Part shown: one piece after another, positions 1 through 15,465 of the stretch
How positions within the stretch are numbered: position 1 is the stretch's first letter
Layout of the letters: each line of letters starts with the position of its first letter
From: Malacoraja senta
Taxonomy: Eukaryota
Direction: 5' to 3'
Assembly (NCBI GenBank): GCA_038087875.1
Contig: JAXLNO010000202.1
Location: 310,001 to 374,000 of the forward strand
DNA: 64,000 nucleotides
Translations under genes and position numbers: made by a program
The notes under the pieces: generated by a model
Told to the model about the DNA's origin: nothing
The model's database searches: none
The model's input: the letters and a program-made list of their open reading frames with translations, nothing else

Positions 1-1987
1 CGAGTGGACAAGCAGCAAGAAAATCAAAGTGGAGTTAATGGAACAAGTGTTTGGGCACTGGGGAAATAAGAAAGTTAGGAGTATTGCTGAATTGGATATA
101 AAGTGGTCTTCATCGCCCCTTCTGTGCTGTCTAAACTACAGGAACTTAGTAGATTCCTCATGACACGACACTGCAAGCATCAACACCATTGGTCTTTACT
201 GCCTTTATCTTACACTAAACGTTATTCCCTTATCCTGTATCTGTACACTGTAAACGGCTCGATTGTAATCATGTATTTATTGTCTTTCCGCTGACTGGTT
301 AGCACGCAACAAAAGCTTTTCACTGTACCTCGGTACACGTGACAATAAACTCAACTCAACTGAACTGAACTGGATAGTCTTCACCCAGCTGGCACCTGGA
401 AACTGAAGAACCTTCCCCACAGCCAACATTGGACCATTGTGGGCTCCAGCTTTCCTTGATCATCATTGCTGGCTTTGATTGAGCTTTTGCATACTTTTCA
501 TTCCTTTGTTCTTTTAACCTCTTTATATCGCTATGTCTCCCCTTCCCTGACTCTCAGTCTGAAGAAGGGTCTCAACACGAAACATTGCCTATTCCTTCTC
601 TCCACAGATGCTGCCTGACCCACCCGCTGAGTTACTCCAGCACTCTGTGAAACGTCACCTATCCATGTTCTCCACAGATGCTGCCTGGCCCGCTGAGTTA
701 CTCCAGCACTCTGTGAAACGTCACCTATCCATGTTCTCCACAGATGCTGCCTGACCCGCTGAGTTACTCCAGCACTCTGTGAAACGTCACCTATCCATGT
801 TCCGGCAGCATCTATAGAGCGAAGGAAATAGGCAACGTTTCGGCCCGAAACCCTTCCGGGTTTCGGCCCGAAACGTTGCCTATTTCTTTCAGGGTTTCAG
901 CCGAAAGGTTGCCCATTTCCTTCGCTCCACAGATGCTGCCTGACCCGCTGAGTTACTCCAGCACTCTGTGAAACATCACCTATCCATGTTCTCCACAGAT
1001 GTGCCTTCAACAGAATAAACATCCCTAGACAGTTCACCAGGGGCTGAGTAAACCCACAGCTGGCATAGGCTGAGAAAGAAATGTTTGAGAAGAGGCTTTA
1101 AGGCTGGTATTAGAAGAGGAGAGAACATTGAAGATAGTAACATTGTTTCCCCTCTCTCCCCTTGTTCCACCAGTTGCACTGTCCTCCTGATTAAATATTA
1201 CTGATTGTATGCCTCGTTGTCAGCTTCCCCTCAGCCGACAATGTTCCCTTCTACGTTTCCTCACCATCATCCGCTTTGATCTTTCGTTTTCACACCTCAC
1301 CCTTCTATGTCTCTAGTTGCTTCTCCCCAGACTCAGTCTGAAGAAAGGTCTTGAACCGAAACGTCACCCATTTCTTCTCTCCAGAGACGCTGCCTGTCCC
1401 GCTGAGTTACTCCAGCATTTTGTGTCCATCTTGGGTGTAGAACAAATGTCTGTGTGAACATGATGCTGAGACCAAGTCCACTCGGCCTGCACCTGATCCA
1501 TATCCATCCATTCCCTGCATGTCCAGACTGATAGTGTGTGATGGAGAGTGGGGACAGGGAGCTGTGACTGTGTCTGGACTACTTCAGCACTTCCTCATTT
1601 CAATGTGTATTCAGTGTTCAAAATTAAACAGTATTGAGGATATAAAATTCACAGGTTGCATTTGTTGCCTCTATTTCCTCAGAAGGCTCAGGAAATTCGG
1701 CATGTCCACAACAAGAGACAATAGGTGCAGGAGTAGGCCATTCAGCCCTTCGAGCCAGCACCGCCATTCAATGTGCTCACGGCTGATGAGTGTGGGGGTG
1801 GGGGGGGTTGTGTGTGTGTGTGTGGGTGTGTGTGTGTGTGTGTGTGGGTGTGGGTGTGTGTGGGTGTGTGTGGGTGTGGGTGTGTGTGTGTGTGTGGGTG
1901 TGTGTGTGTGTGTGGGTGTGTGTGTGTGTGTGTGTGTGTGGGTGTGGGTGTGCGTGTGTGTGTGTGTGTGTGGGTGTGGGTGAATGT

Positions 1988-2024
<37 letters not shown>

Positions 2025-2080
2025 TGGGTGAATGTGGGTGTGTGTGGGGAGGGGGGTGGGGGGGAGGTGTGGGGTGTGTG

Positions 2081-2111
<31 letters not shown>

Positions 2112-2113
2112 CT

Positions 2114-2176
<63 letters not shown>

Positions 2177-3219
2177 GGGGTCTGGCAGTACGGGGTGCAT
2201 CAGGCTGACAGGAGGGGAACAATTCCCACAGATGATGCTAATGACCAGGGCGGCAGAGACTGCTCAGGCTGGAGATTTATTCCACTTAACACCAAACACA
2301 TTCCTTGTCATTACAGATTGACAAAGGAACTGTTCAACATAAATCAATGCTTTCCAGCAAAGGAAAGATGCAGCAGCAGCTCAGCTGAATATTCAAGCCA
2401 TCCTTTCTTGAGAATGACAGAAGGCGTGAGAGATTGTCAGAGACACACTTTGTCGGCTCCAATGCGTGTTGCGCTTCGCTGGCAGTGACCACACAAATGC
2501 GGGCAGTTGTCACGGCAACAACGCATACCAAGTCTGCCATGCACAAATGCACAAACTCCTGTTATTTTCATTCGCTGCAAAACAGCCGATGAGACAAAGG
2601 TTGCAAATACTTGCACGGCTCAGCGGATTGAAATGCGACCTTTACAATGCATGTCCGTTTCCTGCATCAATGCAGCAGAAACCCATCACCTTTGTACCCG
2701 GCTCGTTGTATTAAATGGAGCTGTTCTGTCCATTCTAGCTTTCCTTATCATCGTCTGCTTTGATCTGTCACCTTACTCTTCCATATCTCTAGACTCCCTC
2801 TCTCAATAGACAATAGGCAATAGGTGCAGGAGGAGGCCATTCGGCCCTTCGAGCCAGCACCGCCATTCAATGTGATCATGGCTGATCATCCCCAATCAGT
2901 ACCCCGTTCCTGCCTTCTCCCCATATCCCCTGACTCCCCTATCTAGCTCTCTCTTGAAAGTATCCAGAGAACCTGCCTCCACCGCCCTCTGAGGCAGAGA
3001 ATTCCACAGACTCACCACTCTCTGTCTGAAGAAGGGTCGGCACCCATTCCTTCTCTCCAGAGATGTTGCCTGTCCCGCCGAGTTACTCCGGCATTTTGTG
3101 TCTATCTTCGGTGTAAACCAGCATCTGCAGTTGCTTCCTACAGATGTTCTGTTAGCTGTGGGTTGTGCCGTTTACTCACACAGACTGTCAGCACCAGAAA
3201 TAAATGCCTTGGAACCAAA

Positions 3220-3880
3220 CTCAGTCACTGAAAGTAAGCATGCAGGTACAGCAGGCAGTGAGGAAGGTGAATGGCATGTTGCCCTTCATAACAAGAGGAG
3301 TTGAATATAGGAGCAAAGAGGTTCTTCTGCAGTTGTACAGAGCCCTGGTGAGACCACACCTGGAGTATTGTGTGCAGTTTTGGTCTCCTAATTTGATCTC
3401 CATTCTTGCTATTGAGGGAGTGCAGTGTAGGTTTACAAGGTTAATTCCTGGGATGGCGGGACTGTCATATGCTGAGAGAATGGAGCGGCTGGGCTTGTAT
3501 ACTGGAATTTAGAAGGATGAGAGGGTATTTTATTGAAACATATAAGATTATTTAGCGTTTGGACACACTAGAGGCAGGAAACATGTTCCCGATGTTGGGG
3601 GAGTCCAGAACCAGGGTCCACAGTTTAAGAATAAGGGGTAAGGCATTTAGAACAGAGATGAAGAAACACTTCTTCACACAGAGAGTTGTGAGTCTGTGGA
3701 ATTCTCTGCCTCGGAGGGCGGTGGAGGCCGGTTCTCTGGATGCTTTCAAGAGAGAGCTAGATAGGGCTCTTAAAGATAGCGGAGTCAGTGGATATGGGAG
3801 AAGGCAGGAACGGGGTACTGATTGGGGATTATCAGCCGAATGTCTTACTCCTGCACCTATTGTCTATTGTCTGTTGTCTA
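3220..3880 (+). mobile_element. CR1 3' fragment
   Basis: [19 protein letters not shown] and HFFTQRVVSLWNSLP; ctattgt tail. Confidence 0.85.
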
Positions 3881-3967
3881 ATTGTTTCAGTCTTAATCAA
3901 TCACATAAACAGCAGCAGATAATGTCTCAAAACCAGCAAAGAAACATATTCATGTCTGAAGAGGAGT

Positions 3968-6220
3968 CGGCGGATGCAGTATAATATAGATAAATGTGAG
4001 GTTATCCACTTTGGCGGCAAAAACAAGGTGGCAGATTATTATCTCAAAGGGGTTAGGTTAGGAAAGGGGGAGGTGCAGCGAGTCCTTGTACACCAGTCAC
4101 TGAAAGTTGGCTTACACGTACAGCAGGCAGTGAAGAAAGCTAATGGAATGTTGGCCTTCATAACAAGAGGATTTCAGCATAGGGGTAAAGAGGTTCTTCT
4201 GCAGTTGTATAGGGCTCTATTGAGACCATATCTGGAGTATTGTGTACAGTTTTGGCCTCCTAATTTGAGAAAGGACATCCTTGTGGTTGAGGCAGTGCAG
4301 CATAGGTTCACAAGATTGATCCCTGGGATGGCAGGACTGTCATATGAGGAAAGATTGAAAAGACTAGGCTTGTAAAGGGAGGGAGAGAGAAAACGGGGAA
4401 TTACAGACCAGTTAGTCTAACATCGGTAGTGGGAAACTGCTAGAGTCAGTTATTAAAGATGGGATAGCAGCACATTTGGAAAATGGTGAAATCATTGGAC
4501 AAAGTCAGCATGGATTTATGAAAGGTAAATCATGTCTGACGAATCTCATAGAATTTTTCAAGGATGTAACTAGTAGAGTGGATAAGGGAGAACCAGTGGA
4601 TGTGTTATATCTGGACTTTGAGAAGGCATTCGACAAGGTCCCACATAAGAGATTAGTATACAAACTTAAAGCACACGGTATTGGGGGTTCAGTATTGATG
4701 TGGATAGAGAACTGGAAGCAAAGAGTAGGAGTAAACGGGTCCTTTTCAGAATGGCAGGCAGTGACTAGTGGGTACCGCAATGGCTCAGTGCTGAGACCCC
4801 AGCTATTTACAACATATATTAATGATTTGGACGAGGGAATTGAATGCAACATCTCCAAGTTTGCGGATGACACGAAGCTGGCCGCAGTGTTAGCTGTGAG
4901 GAGGATGCTCGGAGGCTGTAAGGTGACTTGGATAGGCTGGGTGAGTGGGAAAATGCATGGCAGATGCAGTATAATGTGGATAAATGTGAGGTTATCCACT
5001 TTGGTGGCAAAAACAGGAAAGTAGACTATTACCTGAATGGTGGCCGATTAGGAAAAGGGGAGATGCAACGAGACCTGGGTGTCATGGTACACCAGTCATT
5101 GAAAGTAGGCATGCAGGTGCAGCAGGCAGTGAAGAAAGCGAATGGCATGTTAGCATTCATAGCAAAAGGATTTGAGTATAGGAGCAGTGAGGTTCTACTG
5201 CAGTTGTACAGGGTCTTGGTGAGACCACACCTGGAGTATTGCGTACAGTTTTGGTGTCCTAATCTGCGAAGGACATTCTTCCCATAGAGGGAGTACACAG
5301 AAGGTTCACCAGACTGATTCCTGGGATGTCAGGACTTTCATATGAAGAGAGACTGGATAGACTCGGCTTGTACTCGCTAGAATTTAGAAGACTGAGGGGC
5401 GATCTTATAGAAACTTACAAAATTCTTAAGGGGTTGGACAGGCTAGATGCAGGAAGATTGTTCCCGATGTTGGGAAGACCAGAACAAGGGGTCACAGTTT
5501 AAGGATAAAGGGGAAATCTTTTAGGACTGAGATGAGAAAAACATTTTTTACACAGAGAGTGGTGAATCTCTGGAATTCTCTGCCACAGAATATAGTTGAG
5601 GCCAGTTCATTGGCTATATTTAAGAGGGAGTTAAATGTGGCCCTTGTGGCTAATGGCATCAGGGGTATGGAGAGAAGGCAGGTACAGGATACTGAGTTTG
5701 GATGATCAGCCATGATCATATTGAATGGCGGTGCAGGCTCGAAGGGCCGAATGGCCTACTCCTACACCTATTTTCTATGTTTCTATGTTTCTATGTATTC
5801 ATTGGAGTTTAGAAGGATGAGGGGGATCTTATAGAAACATATAAAATTATAAAAGGACTGGACAAGCTAGATGCAGGAAAAATGTTCCCAATGTTGGGCG
5901 AGTCCAGAACCAGGGGCCACAGTCTTAGAATAAAGCGGAGGTCATTTAAGACTGAGGTGAGAAAAAACTTTTTCACCCAGAGAGTTGTGAATTTTTGGAA
6001 TTCTCTGCCACAGAGGGCAGTGGAGGCCAAATCACTGGGTGGATTTAAGAGAGAGTTAGATAGAGCTCTAGGGGTTAGTGGAATCAAGGGATATGGGGAG
6101 AAGGCAGACACGGGTTATTGATGGGGGACGATCAGCCATGATCACATTGAATGGCGGTGCTGGCTCGAATAGCCGAATGGCCTCCTTCTGCACCTATTGT
6201 CTATGTTTCTATGTTTCTAT
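3968..6220 (+). mobile_element. Stack of three CR1 fragments (~3968-4373, 4375-5795, 5797-6220)
   Basis: Repeated RT C-terminal motifs and two (TTCTATGT)n tails. Confidence 0.9.
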
Positions 6221-9200
6221 GACCACAAGTTCTAGGAGCAGAATTAGGCCATTCGGCCCATCAAGTCTACTCCACCATTTAATCATGACTGATCTATCAT
6301 TCCTTCCCAACCCATTCTCCTGCCTTCTCCCCATAATCCCTGACACCCATACTAATCAAGAATGTATCTCTCTCTACCTTAAAAATATTAATTGACTTGT
6401 GCTCCACAGCCATCTGTGGCAAAGAATTCCACAGATTCACCACCCTCTGACTAAAGAAATTCCTCCTCATCTCCTTCCTCATTCTTTAATTCGCAGACTG
6501 TGCCCTCTGGTCCTAGACTCTCCCACATGGAAATATCCTCTCTACATTCACTCCATCCAGTGCTTTCACTATTTGAGGTTGAAGGCTTACTGCAACATCC
6601 AGACAGAGTTATCCCCACCTAATATTTCTCTGGTCATTTTCACACTATTGTTTGTGGGACCTTGTGTCCGCACCATGTTTGCTCATGACCGCAGTAAGTA
6701 GGTTTCACCTGCATCACGTGCCTTTATCCAGAGAAGGGCATTCAAGAACCAGAGGACATGTTTAAGAACCTGTCAATCTCCACCTTAAACATACCCATAG
6801 ACGTAGCCCCCACAGCCTTCTGTGGCAATGAATTCCACAGATTCGCCACGTCTGACTAAAGAAATCCCAACCTGAAACGTCACCTATCCCTGTCCTCCAC
6901 AGATGCTGCCTGACCCGCTGAGTTACTCCAGCACTCTGTGAAACGTCACCTATCCATGTTCTCCACAGATGCTGCCTGACCCGCTGAGTTACTCCAGCAC
7001 TCTGTGAAACGTCACTATCCATGTTCTCCACAGATGCTGCCTGACCCGCTGAGTTACTCCAGCACTCTGTGAAACGTCACCTATCCACGTTCTCCAGAGA
7101 TGCTGCCTGACCCGCTGAGTTACTCCAGCAATTTGTGTCTTTTTTTGTAAAGCAGCATCTTACACAGTGTGGGAATTTAAAATTCACAGGTTGTATTTAT
7201 TGCTTTGGCAACTTTGAGCTGAGCAGGTGCTGGCATTCTGGAGACCAGACGACCTGATCCACACAACTGAGGATTTAGTACGTTTGGAGATGATACTCAG
7301 GTTGGTGGATCTGTGGACTGTGATGAAGGCGATCAACGTGAGGATACGGCTGGATTAAGGTCAACTGTAACGTTGGCCAGAGAAATGACCACTGGGGTTT
7401 ATTAGAACCAGTGTGAGAGACCAGGACCTGGGTCACAGCCACAGAATTAAAGCATGTTCCTTTCGGAAATAGACGAGAGAATATCTTTAGTCAGAGGGTG
7501 GTGAATGTGTGGAGTTCATTGCCACAGAAGGCTGTGGAGGCCGTCAATGGATATTTTTAAGGCAGAGATTGACAGATTCTTGATTAGTACGGATGTCCGG
7601 GGTTATGGAGAGAAGGCAGGGAGAATGGGGTTGAGAGGGGGATATAGATTGAATTGCAGAGTAGACTTGATGGGGCTGATTATTCTGCTCCTATAAATTT
7701 TGAATTTACGAGGTGACGTATTTTGGGAGGTCAATTGTGAAAGTAATGTGCACAGTAAATGGCAGGACATGTATTGTAATCATGTATTGTCTTTCTGCTG
7801 ACTGGATAGCAGGCAACAAAAGCTTTTCACTGTATCTCAGTACACGTGACAATAAACTACACACCCACTCCGTGAGGTCTTTCCTCTCTGTGTGCTGCCC
7901 GTATCTCACCACACTGCTGCCGCTCCTGTTACACCACAGCCTACTAGCTGGCCTGGTCCTAGGCTGATTAACAATGGCAGGAATGAGACCCAGCCCCAGC
8001 ACCTTGCTTAGCTGCCTGCTGCTGGAACAGTGAGGCCAAGTGGAGAACGATGGCCTACTGTGGGCAAGCAGCAGGTTTGTGGGTATCTGTTTATTGTTGT
8101 CCCACATTGTGATCCCTCAGTGCTGCGCTGAACATCATCACCAATCCTCTAGTATCTTTGCTCCACCGTCATTCCAAACACACTGCTACATTTGGACAGT
8201 TACATGGATAGATACAAGATATATTGTCACATGTACCAGTTGGCACAGTGAAATGTGATCACCATACAGCCATACAATAAAATAAAGAACACAACACACG
8301 ATAGTTCAACATAAAACATCCCCACACAGCAGAATCAATGTTTCCCACTGTGAGGGAAGGCACCAAAGTCAGTCATCTTCCTCTGATGTTCCCTCGTGGT
8401 CGGGGCCTCCGGAGCCCTCTGCAGTTGCCGCAACGGGCAGCCCACCGCTCAGGCCCGCTCGCCGGGATGTTGGAACTCCGACATCAGAATGGGAGGCCAA
8501 CCTCAGCGGCATGGACCTCCAAAACGGCCGCTTCCTACCGGAGTCCGCAGCTCCCGACGTCCCCAGGCCGCGCTGGCCGGAGATTCACGCTGGCGGCCCT
8601 CGGCAAAGGGCCCCAGGGACTCCGCGATGTCGGTCAGCGCCGCCCGCGCTGGGAGCTCCGTGTACCACAGCTCCATGATGTCGATGCTGCAGGCCCAACA
8701 CTCCGCAGCTCCAAACGGCCATCCAGGTAGGCATTGCCCGCTCCGCGGTGAATCCAGCGCCACGCCACCACCGCTGCCGATGCTCTGGTCCGGTCCCCGG
8801 TCTCCAGTAGGAAAGGCCGCTCCCATCCAGTGGTAGGCCGCGAGGAGGGGGGGACGAGGACGTGACATGGAGAAATAATCGCATCCTCGCCAGGAAGCGA
8901 CTGGGAAGGTTTAGAGGGATATGGGCCAAACATGGCTAAGTGAGACTAGTGTAGCTGGGACACGTTGGCCAGTGTGGGCAAGTTGGGCCAAAGGGCCTGT
9001 TTCCACGATATAAGACTCTATAACTAGGGTTGTGCCAACACGTTGCACATTGTCAGGAGAGTTTGCTGCACTGATCCAGCTAGTTTTACGCTCGGTATTT
9101 CTACCAGGCCTGACTTTGATTCTATGCCACAGGGAACAAAGCCGTGTGTCTTTAAGCATTCCGGCCCCCAGAAATGGCCTCTTTTATTACAAATGACATT

Positions 9201-12200
9201 ACATTGCAGATAATAATGCTGTGTATTCCTTCGGTAAAGTCTCTTTGAGGGGAACATCACTGATCAGTTTGCTGTGGAATACTGCAGCCATAGTTGCTGT
9301 TAATCTCGTACATCCCTGCTACAGCACTGCTTTAGACTTTAGAGATACAGCGCGGAACAGGCCCTTCGGCCCACCAAGTCCATGCCGACCAGTGATCGCC
9401 CCGTACACTAGCACTATCCTACACACACTAGAGACTATTTATAATTTACAGAAGCCAATTATCCGACAAACTTGTACGTCTTTGGGATGTGGGAGGAAAC
9501 CGGAGCACCTGGAGAAAACCCACGCAGGTCACGGTGGAAAACCCACGCTGGTTTACAAGAACAAGATGCAATGTGCTGGAGTAACTCAGCAGGTCAGGCA
9601 GCATCTGTGGAGAACATGGATAGGTGACGTTTCACAGAGTGCTGGAGTAACTCAGCGGGTCAGGCAGCATCTGTGAAGAACATGGATAGGTGACGTTTCA
9701 CAGAGTGCTGGAGTAACTCAGCGGGTCAGGCAGCATCTGTGGAGAACATGGATAGGTGACGTTTCACAGAGTGCTGGAGTAACTCAGCGGGTCAGGCAGC
9801 ATCTCGTGGAGAACATGGATAGGTGACGTTTCACAGAGTGCTGGAGTAACTCAGCGGGTCAGGCAGCATCTGTGGAGAACATGGATAGGGAAGAGGGTGG
9901 TTGTAGTTGCATGAAATTGGGGAATTCAATGTTCATACCATGGGGTTGTCAGCTGCCCAGGGACTTTGGGAGTTGGTCAAATGCTGAACTTCTTCACCAA
10001 TCTTAGGTTTAGGTTTATTATTGTTAACGTGACTGAAGTGCCCCTCCAATCCTGGCAGGTCTACAGAGTGGGATGTGGGCCTTGAACGCGCTGCCAGGGG
10101 TGGTGGTGGAGGCAAATACAACAGTGGTGTTTAACAGGTGTTTGAATACGGACATGGATATGCAGGAATGGAGGGATATGGGTCACGCAGGCATCATGTT
10201 CGGCACAGACACTATGGCTGAAGGGCCTGTTCCTGTGCTGTACTGTTCATTATTTTTGTGGTCAACGTGGATAGGAAGGGTTCAAGAGGCCTTTGGGCCA
10301 AATAAAGGAAAATGGGACTAGCCCAGTATGCCAACTAGGTTAGTATGGACAAGGTGGGCCGAGTGGCCTGTTTCCGTGCTGTACAGCTCTATAACTATAC
10401 GTTAAATGTCATATAGGTTTGGGATAAAATAGATCAGCCATGATTGAATAGCGGAGTAGACTTGATGGGCAGTTTGGTCTAATTCTACTCCCGTGACTTA
10501 CGAACATTAGAAAAACATTGCTCTTTTAACAAAATATTCTATACACTATGATTTGTAGAAGGATAAGGGTCATTGAAAGCATAATTATTCATCTTAATTA
10601 AAGTCTCGGCCAGAGTTAAAACATAATGGAAACGGTGTTTAAGTCTCAATGCAACAGGTCCACGGGTCTCTGGTGGGACACACAAAGGTAAGAACAATCC
10701 CAACAATCCCAACACACAGACACAGACACACACACACACACACACACACAACCCAGTACAGACTGTGCACCTATACTACCTATTCCCACTTCCGAGACAA
10801 GCAAACGTCTCAATACAACAACTGTGACCCACCAATGATCAGAAATTGAATATGTCTGTGACCAGCACTTAATTTGCAGCTAAATTAAACAACATATTCT
10901 TTACAAAGAGCCCCAGTGCCAGGGTGACTGTGGGCTGGAGTCACATACAGGGAAGAGCAGTTCAGGATAACATCTCCTCCTTGGAGCGGGCAAATGGGAA
11001 CCAGCAATCCAGCAGTTTCTGGTCACCACTGCTAATCAAGGCTTTAACTCCAGACTCTTCATTCTAAACCACTTGTCATGTTGGTCTTTGACTCGACCCT
11101 AGTGTTAATGTCGTGTTCTTAATCCAACTTTGTAACCAGTGTCTCATTTACATCCCATCAAAAACACAATCTCAGTGTGGCGTTTGGGTGAAAATGAATG
11201 ATTGATTTTATTAAATAAACACTTGGCAAGTTCAGTGATAATGGAAAGGTTCATGGAACGTGTTAGATGAGTATTTGATGAATTTAACGGCTGTTGTAAC
11301 AGAACAAAGATCTAATCAGAGCAGTAATGTATGTTAGACGAAGGTAGACACAAAATGCTGGAGTAACTCAGCGGGTTAGGCAGCATCTCTGGAGAGAAGG
11401 AATGGGTAACGATTCAGGTCGGGACCCTTCTTCAGACTGAGTCAGGGGAGAGGGAGACACAGAGATAAGGAAGTGCAAAGTGTGAAAATGAGAGATTAAA
11501 GGGGACGATGATCAAGGACAATGTAGAATGGATCATTGTTAGATCACCACCTATCATATGGGGAGAAGGCAGGAACGGGGTACTGATTGTGGATGATCAG
11601 CCATGATCACATTGAATGGCAGTGCTGGCTCGAAGGGCTGAATGGCCTACTCCTGCACCTATTGTCTATTGTCTATTGAGACTGGCCCTACAATCTGGAC
11701 GGCCATTCAATGTACCCACCCATCCCATGTACATAGCCATGCTTGACGGGTGACCAGTCTGTGTACAGTCACGCTGTGTACACAACCATTCTTTGTACAT
11801 ATGGCCACTCGGTGTACACCGCCATGGTTCGTGGAGGCCCGAGAGCAGTTCCTTATCACTTGAAGAAATGACTGCCCACTGACAGGTCTGACAGCCGATT
11901 CTCTTCTGAACAGAAGATAGACACAGAGTAACTCAGCGGGTCAGGCAGCATCTGTGGTGGGGGAGACCAGTGTAGTTCCCCTCCTGTGGTCATTGTCCAC
12001 CAATAACGCGGCCCTCACACAAACCCCGTCCCTTCCCAAGCCACTAATCATCTCAGACTAACACTGACCTGTAAACAATGGCGCCCCATTGAAGGGAGCA
12101 CAGGGACAGGGCTGCCACATACACGGAGCTGACTGACAGCTGCTCGACTTTAATTCACTCTTGATGCAGGACAGACGCATAAGTCAAGATAATGAATGTG

Positions 12201-12469
12201 TTTTTATCAAACCCATTTGTCTTTGATGCCGCGTGTATAGGGCGGGAGAGGCCGTGGTTGGCTGGATAGATGATGGATAGCAACAAGCACTCGCATCGGG
12301 TGTCCGCTCAGATTAAATAAATATATATTTACATGCGATTTAAACAAAATGACTGCAAATTTATATCCGACCCTGACTCAAAATGGCAGCAGCTGCTGCA
12401 GCGGCGATCTCTCGCCGATCCGTGTACAAGCAGCTCCGTGTCCCATAGCTCACGGCCACACACCCGGAC

Positions 12470-12722
12470 CCAGCCCAGCCCAGCCCAGCCCAGACCAGAC
12501 CAGACCAGACCAGACCAGACCAGACCAGACCAGACCAGACCAGACCAGACCAGACCAGACCAGACCAGACCAGACCAGACCAGACCAGACCAGACCAGAC
12601 CAGACCCGGCCGCCCAGACCAGACCAGACCACTCCCAGACCAGACCAGACCAACCCCGGCCGCCCAAACCAGACCAGGCCACTCCCAGTCCAGACCAACC
12701 CCGGCCGCCACAAGACCAGACC
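12470..12722 (+). repeat. (CAGAC)n pentamer repeat
   Basis: Direct reading. Confidence 0.95.
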
Positions 12723-12839
12723 TGGTCGAAGCGCAGAGTGTGAGAAGGAGGTGTACGGGCACGGCGAGGTGTCGACCTGTTCTGCAATAGAGAGACGGGA
12801 ACGGTGCCCTGAGCAGAACTCGTTCCCCAATGCCCGAAT

Positions 12840-13725
12840 AATCCCAATGTCCATCTGCCCAATGTCCATCTGCCCAATTCCCCAATGCCCATCTCCCCAA
12901 TGTCCATCTGCCCAATGTCCATCTCCCCAATGTCCCCAATGCCCCATCTCCCAAATGCCCCATCTCCCCAATGTCCCCAATGCCCCATCTCCCCAATGTC
13001 CATCTCCCCAATGTCCCCAATGCCCCATCTCCCCAATGCCCCATCTCCCCAATGTCCCATCTCCCCAATGTCCATCTGCCCAATTCCCCAATGCCCATCT
13101 CCCCAATGTCCCCAATGCCCCATCTCCCCAATGTCCCCAATGTCCCATCTCCCCAATGTCCCCAATGTCCATCTCCCCAATGTCCATCTGCCCAATTTCC
13201 CAATGCCCCATCTCCCCAATGTCCCCAATGTCCCATCTCTCCAAAGTCCATCTCCACAATGTCCATCTCCCCAATGTCCCCAATGTCCCATCTCCCCAAA
13301 GTCCATCTTCCCAATGTCCATCTCCCCAATGTCCCCAATGTCCATCTCCTCAATGTCCATCTCCCCAATGACCCCAATGTCCCATCTCCCCAATGCCCCA
13401 TCTCCCCAATGTCGATCTCCCCAATGTCCATCTCCCCAAATGTCCATCTCCCCAATGCCCATCTCCCCAATGTCCCCAATGCCCATCTCCCCAATGTCCA
13501 TCTCCCCAATGTCCATCTCCCCAATGCCCATCTCCCCAATGTCTATCTGCCCAATTCCCCAATGCCCCATCTCCCCAATGTCCCATCTCCCCAAAGTTCA
13601 TCTCCCCAATGTCCATCTCCCCAATGTCCCCAATGTCCCATCTCCCCAATGTCCATCTCCCCAATGTCCATCTCCCCAATATCCCCAATGTCCCATCTCC
13701 CCAATGTCCATCTCCCCAATGTCCA
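12840..13725 (+). repeat. C-rich ~15-bp minisatellite (ccccaatgtccatct variants)
   Basis: Direct reading. Confidence 0.95.
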
Positions 13726-13867
13726 GCCGCCTCTGCTCACTCAAACCAAGGACAACTTCAATTCTGAGAATGAGATAGAGCGCAGAGATAGATTGATACA
13801 AAGTAGCAAACACACACCAGCTGATTTGGGAAATTGTTGCAGCATAAATTAATATAAATACTCACAT

Positions 13868-14591
13868 GCGTGTGTGTGCGTGTGTGACAGTGTGTGCATG
13901 TGTGTGTGACAGTGTGTGTGTGTGTGAGTGTTTATGAATGTGTGTGTGTGTGAGCGTGTACAAGTGTGTGTGTACGTGTGTGTGAGTGTGTACGAATGTG
14001 TGTGTGTGTGTGTGTGTGTGTGCGTGAGTGTGTACGAATGTGTGTGTGTGAGTGTGTGTGTGAGTGTGTGTGTGAATGTGTACGAGTGTTTGTGTGAATG
14101 TGTACGAGTGTGTGTGTGTGAATGTGTACGAGTGTGTGTGTGAATGTGTACGAGTGTATGTGTGAATGTGTACGAGTGTGTGTGTGTGAATGTGTACGAG
14201 TGTGTGTGTGTGAATGTGTACGAGTGTGTGTGTGTGTGTACGAGTGTGTGTGTGTGTACGAGTGTGTGTGTGTGTGTACGAGTGTGTGTGTGTGTGTACG
14301 AGTGTGTGTGTGTGTGTGTACGCGCGTGTGTGTGTGTGTGTACGAGTGTGTGTGTGTACAAGTGTGTGTGTGTGTGTGTACGAGTGTGTGTGTGTGTGTG
14401 TACGAGTGTGTGTGTGTGTGTGTGTACGAGTGTGTGTGTGTGTACGAGTGTGTGTGTGTGAATGTGTACGAGTGTGTGTGTGAGTGTGTACGTGTGTGTG
14501 TGTGTACGAGTGTGTGTGTGAGTGTGTGTACGAGTGTGTGTGTGTACGAGTGTGTGTGTGTGTGTGTACGAGTGTGTGTGTGTGTGTGTGA

Positions 14592-14662
<71 letters not shown>

Positions 14663-14686
14663 TGTGTGTGTGTGTGTGTGTGTGTG
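13868..14686 (+). repeat. Interrupted (GT)n microsatellite (others at 1789-2172, 22615-23108, 53732-54192, 57437-57700)
   Basis: Direct reading. Confidence 0.97.
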
Positions 14687-14940
14687 ATACATGTACTTGC
14701 ATGTAGATCTACATATACTGCATGAACGACACGGTCAGGTACACACATCCAATGCCCAGGTGTCCGTGTGGACAGTGTGTTGAGGGAGTGAGCCGGGCAG
14801 GGCTGTGTGCAGGGATGTCACTTCAACCCCGTGGTATAAAGGGTGAGATGCTGGTGATGTGTGCAGGTGGGAACAGCGGAGATGTGTCAACACAAGCACA
14901 TCACATGGGCAGTGGAAGATGAGGCAGCGGCCAGCGGCAA

Positions 14941-15004
<64 letters not shown>
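14941..15004 (+). repeat. (TATC)n
   Basis: Direct reading. Confidence 0.97.
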
Positions 15005-15258
15005 CACCCACTCGGCCCCTGAGTGGATCAATCACACATCTCCGTAATGGCGACACACTCACACACACTCACATACACACACTCACACAAACCCACCCCA
15101 CTCCCCTCACACACACATATACACCCACACACCCACACAAATCACTCCTACAAACACACACTCACGCATACACGCTCCAACACACACACTGACACACAAA
15201 CCACTCCTACACACACAAACAATCGGCACCATCATGAAATGCCCACTCACCCCTCTCC

Positions 15259-15465
15259 TCGCCCACACATGTACATGTATGTACAGTACCCGCGCCCACA
15301 CATGTACATGTATGTACAGTGCCGCGCCCACACATGTACATGTATGTACAGTACCCGCGCCCACACATGTACATGTATGTACAGTACCCGCGCCCACACA
15401 TGTACATGTATGTACAGTACCCGCGCCCACACATGTACATGTATGTACAGTGCCGCGCCCACATA
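15259..15465 (+). repeat. 32-33-bp minisatellite, ~6 copies
   Basis: cgcgcccacacatgtacatgtatgtacagtacc. Confidence 0.95.

Noticed and set aside
12240..12465. Additional gpm6a exon in a CpG-rich intronic island
   Set aside because: The minus-strand ATG frame stops early and there is no proteolipid similarity; at most regulatory.
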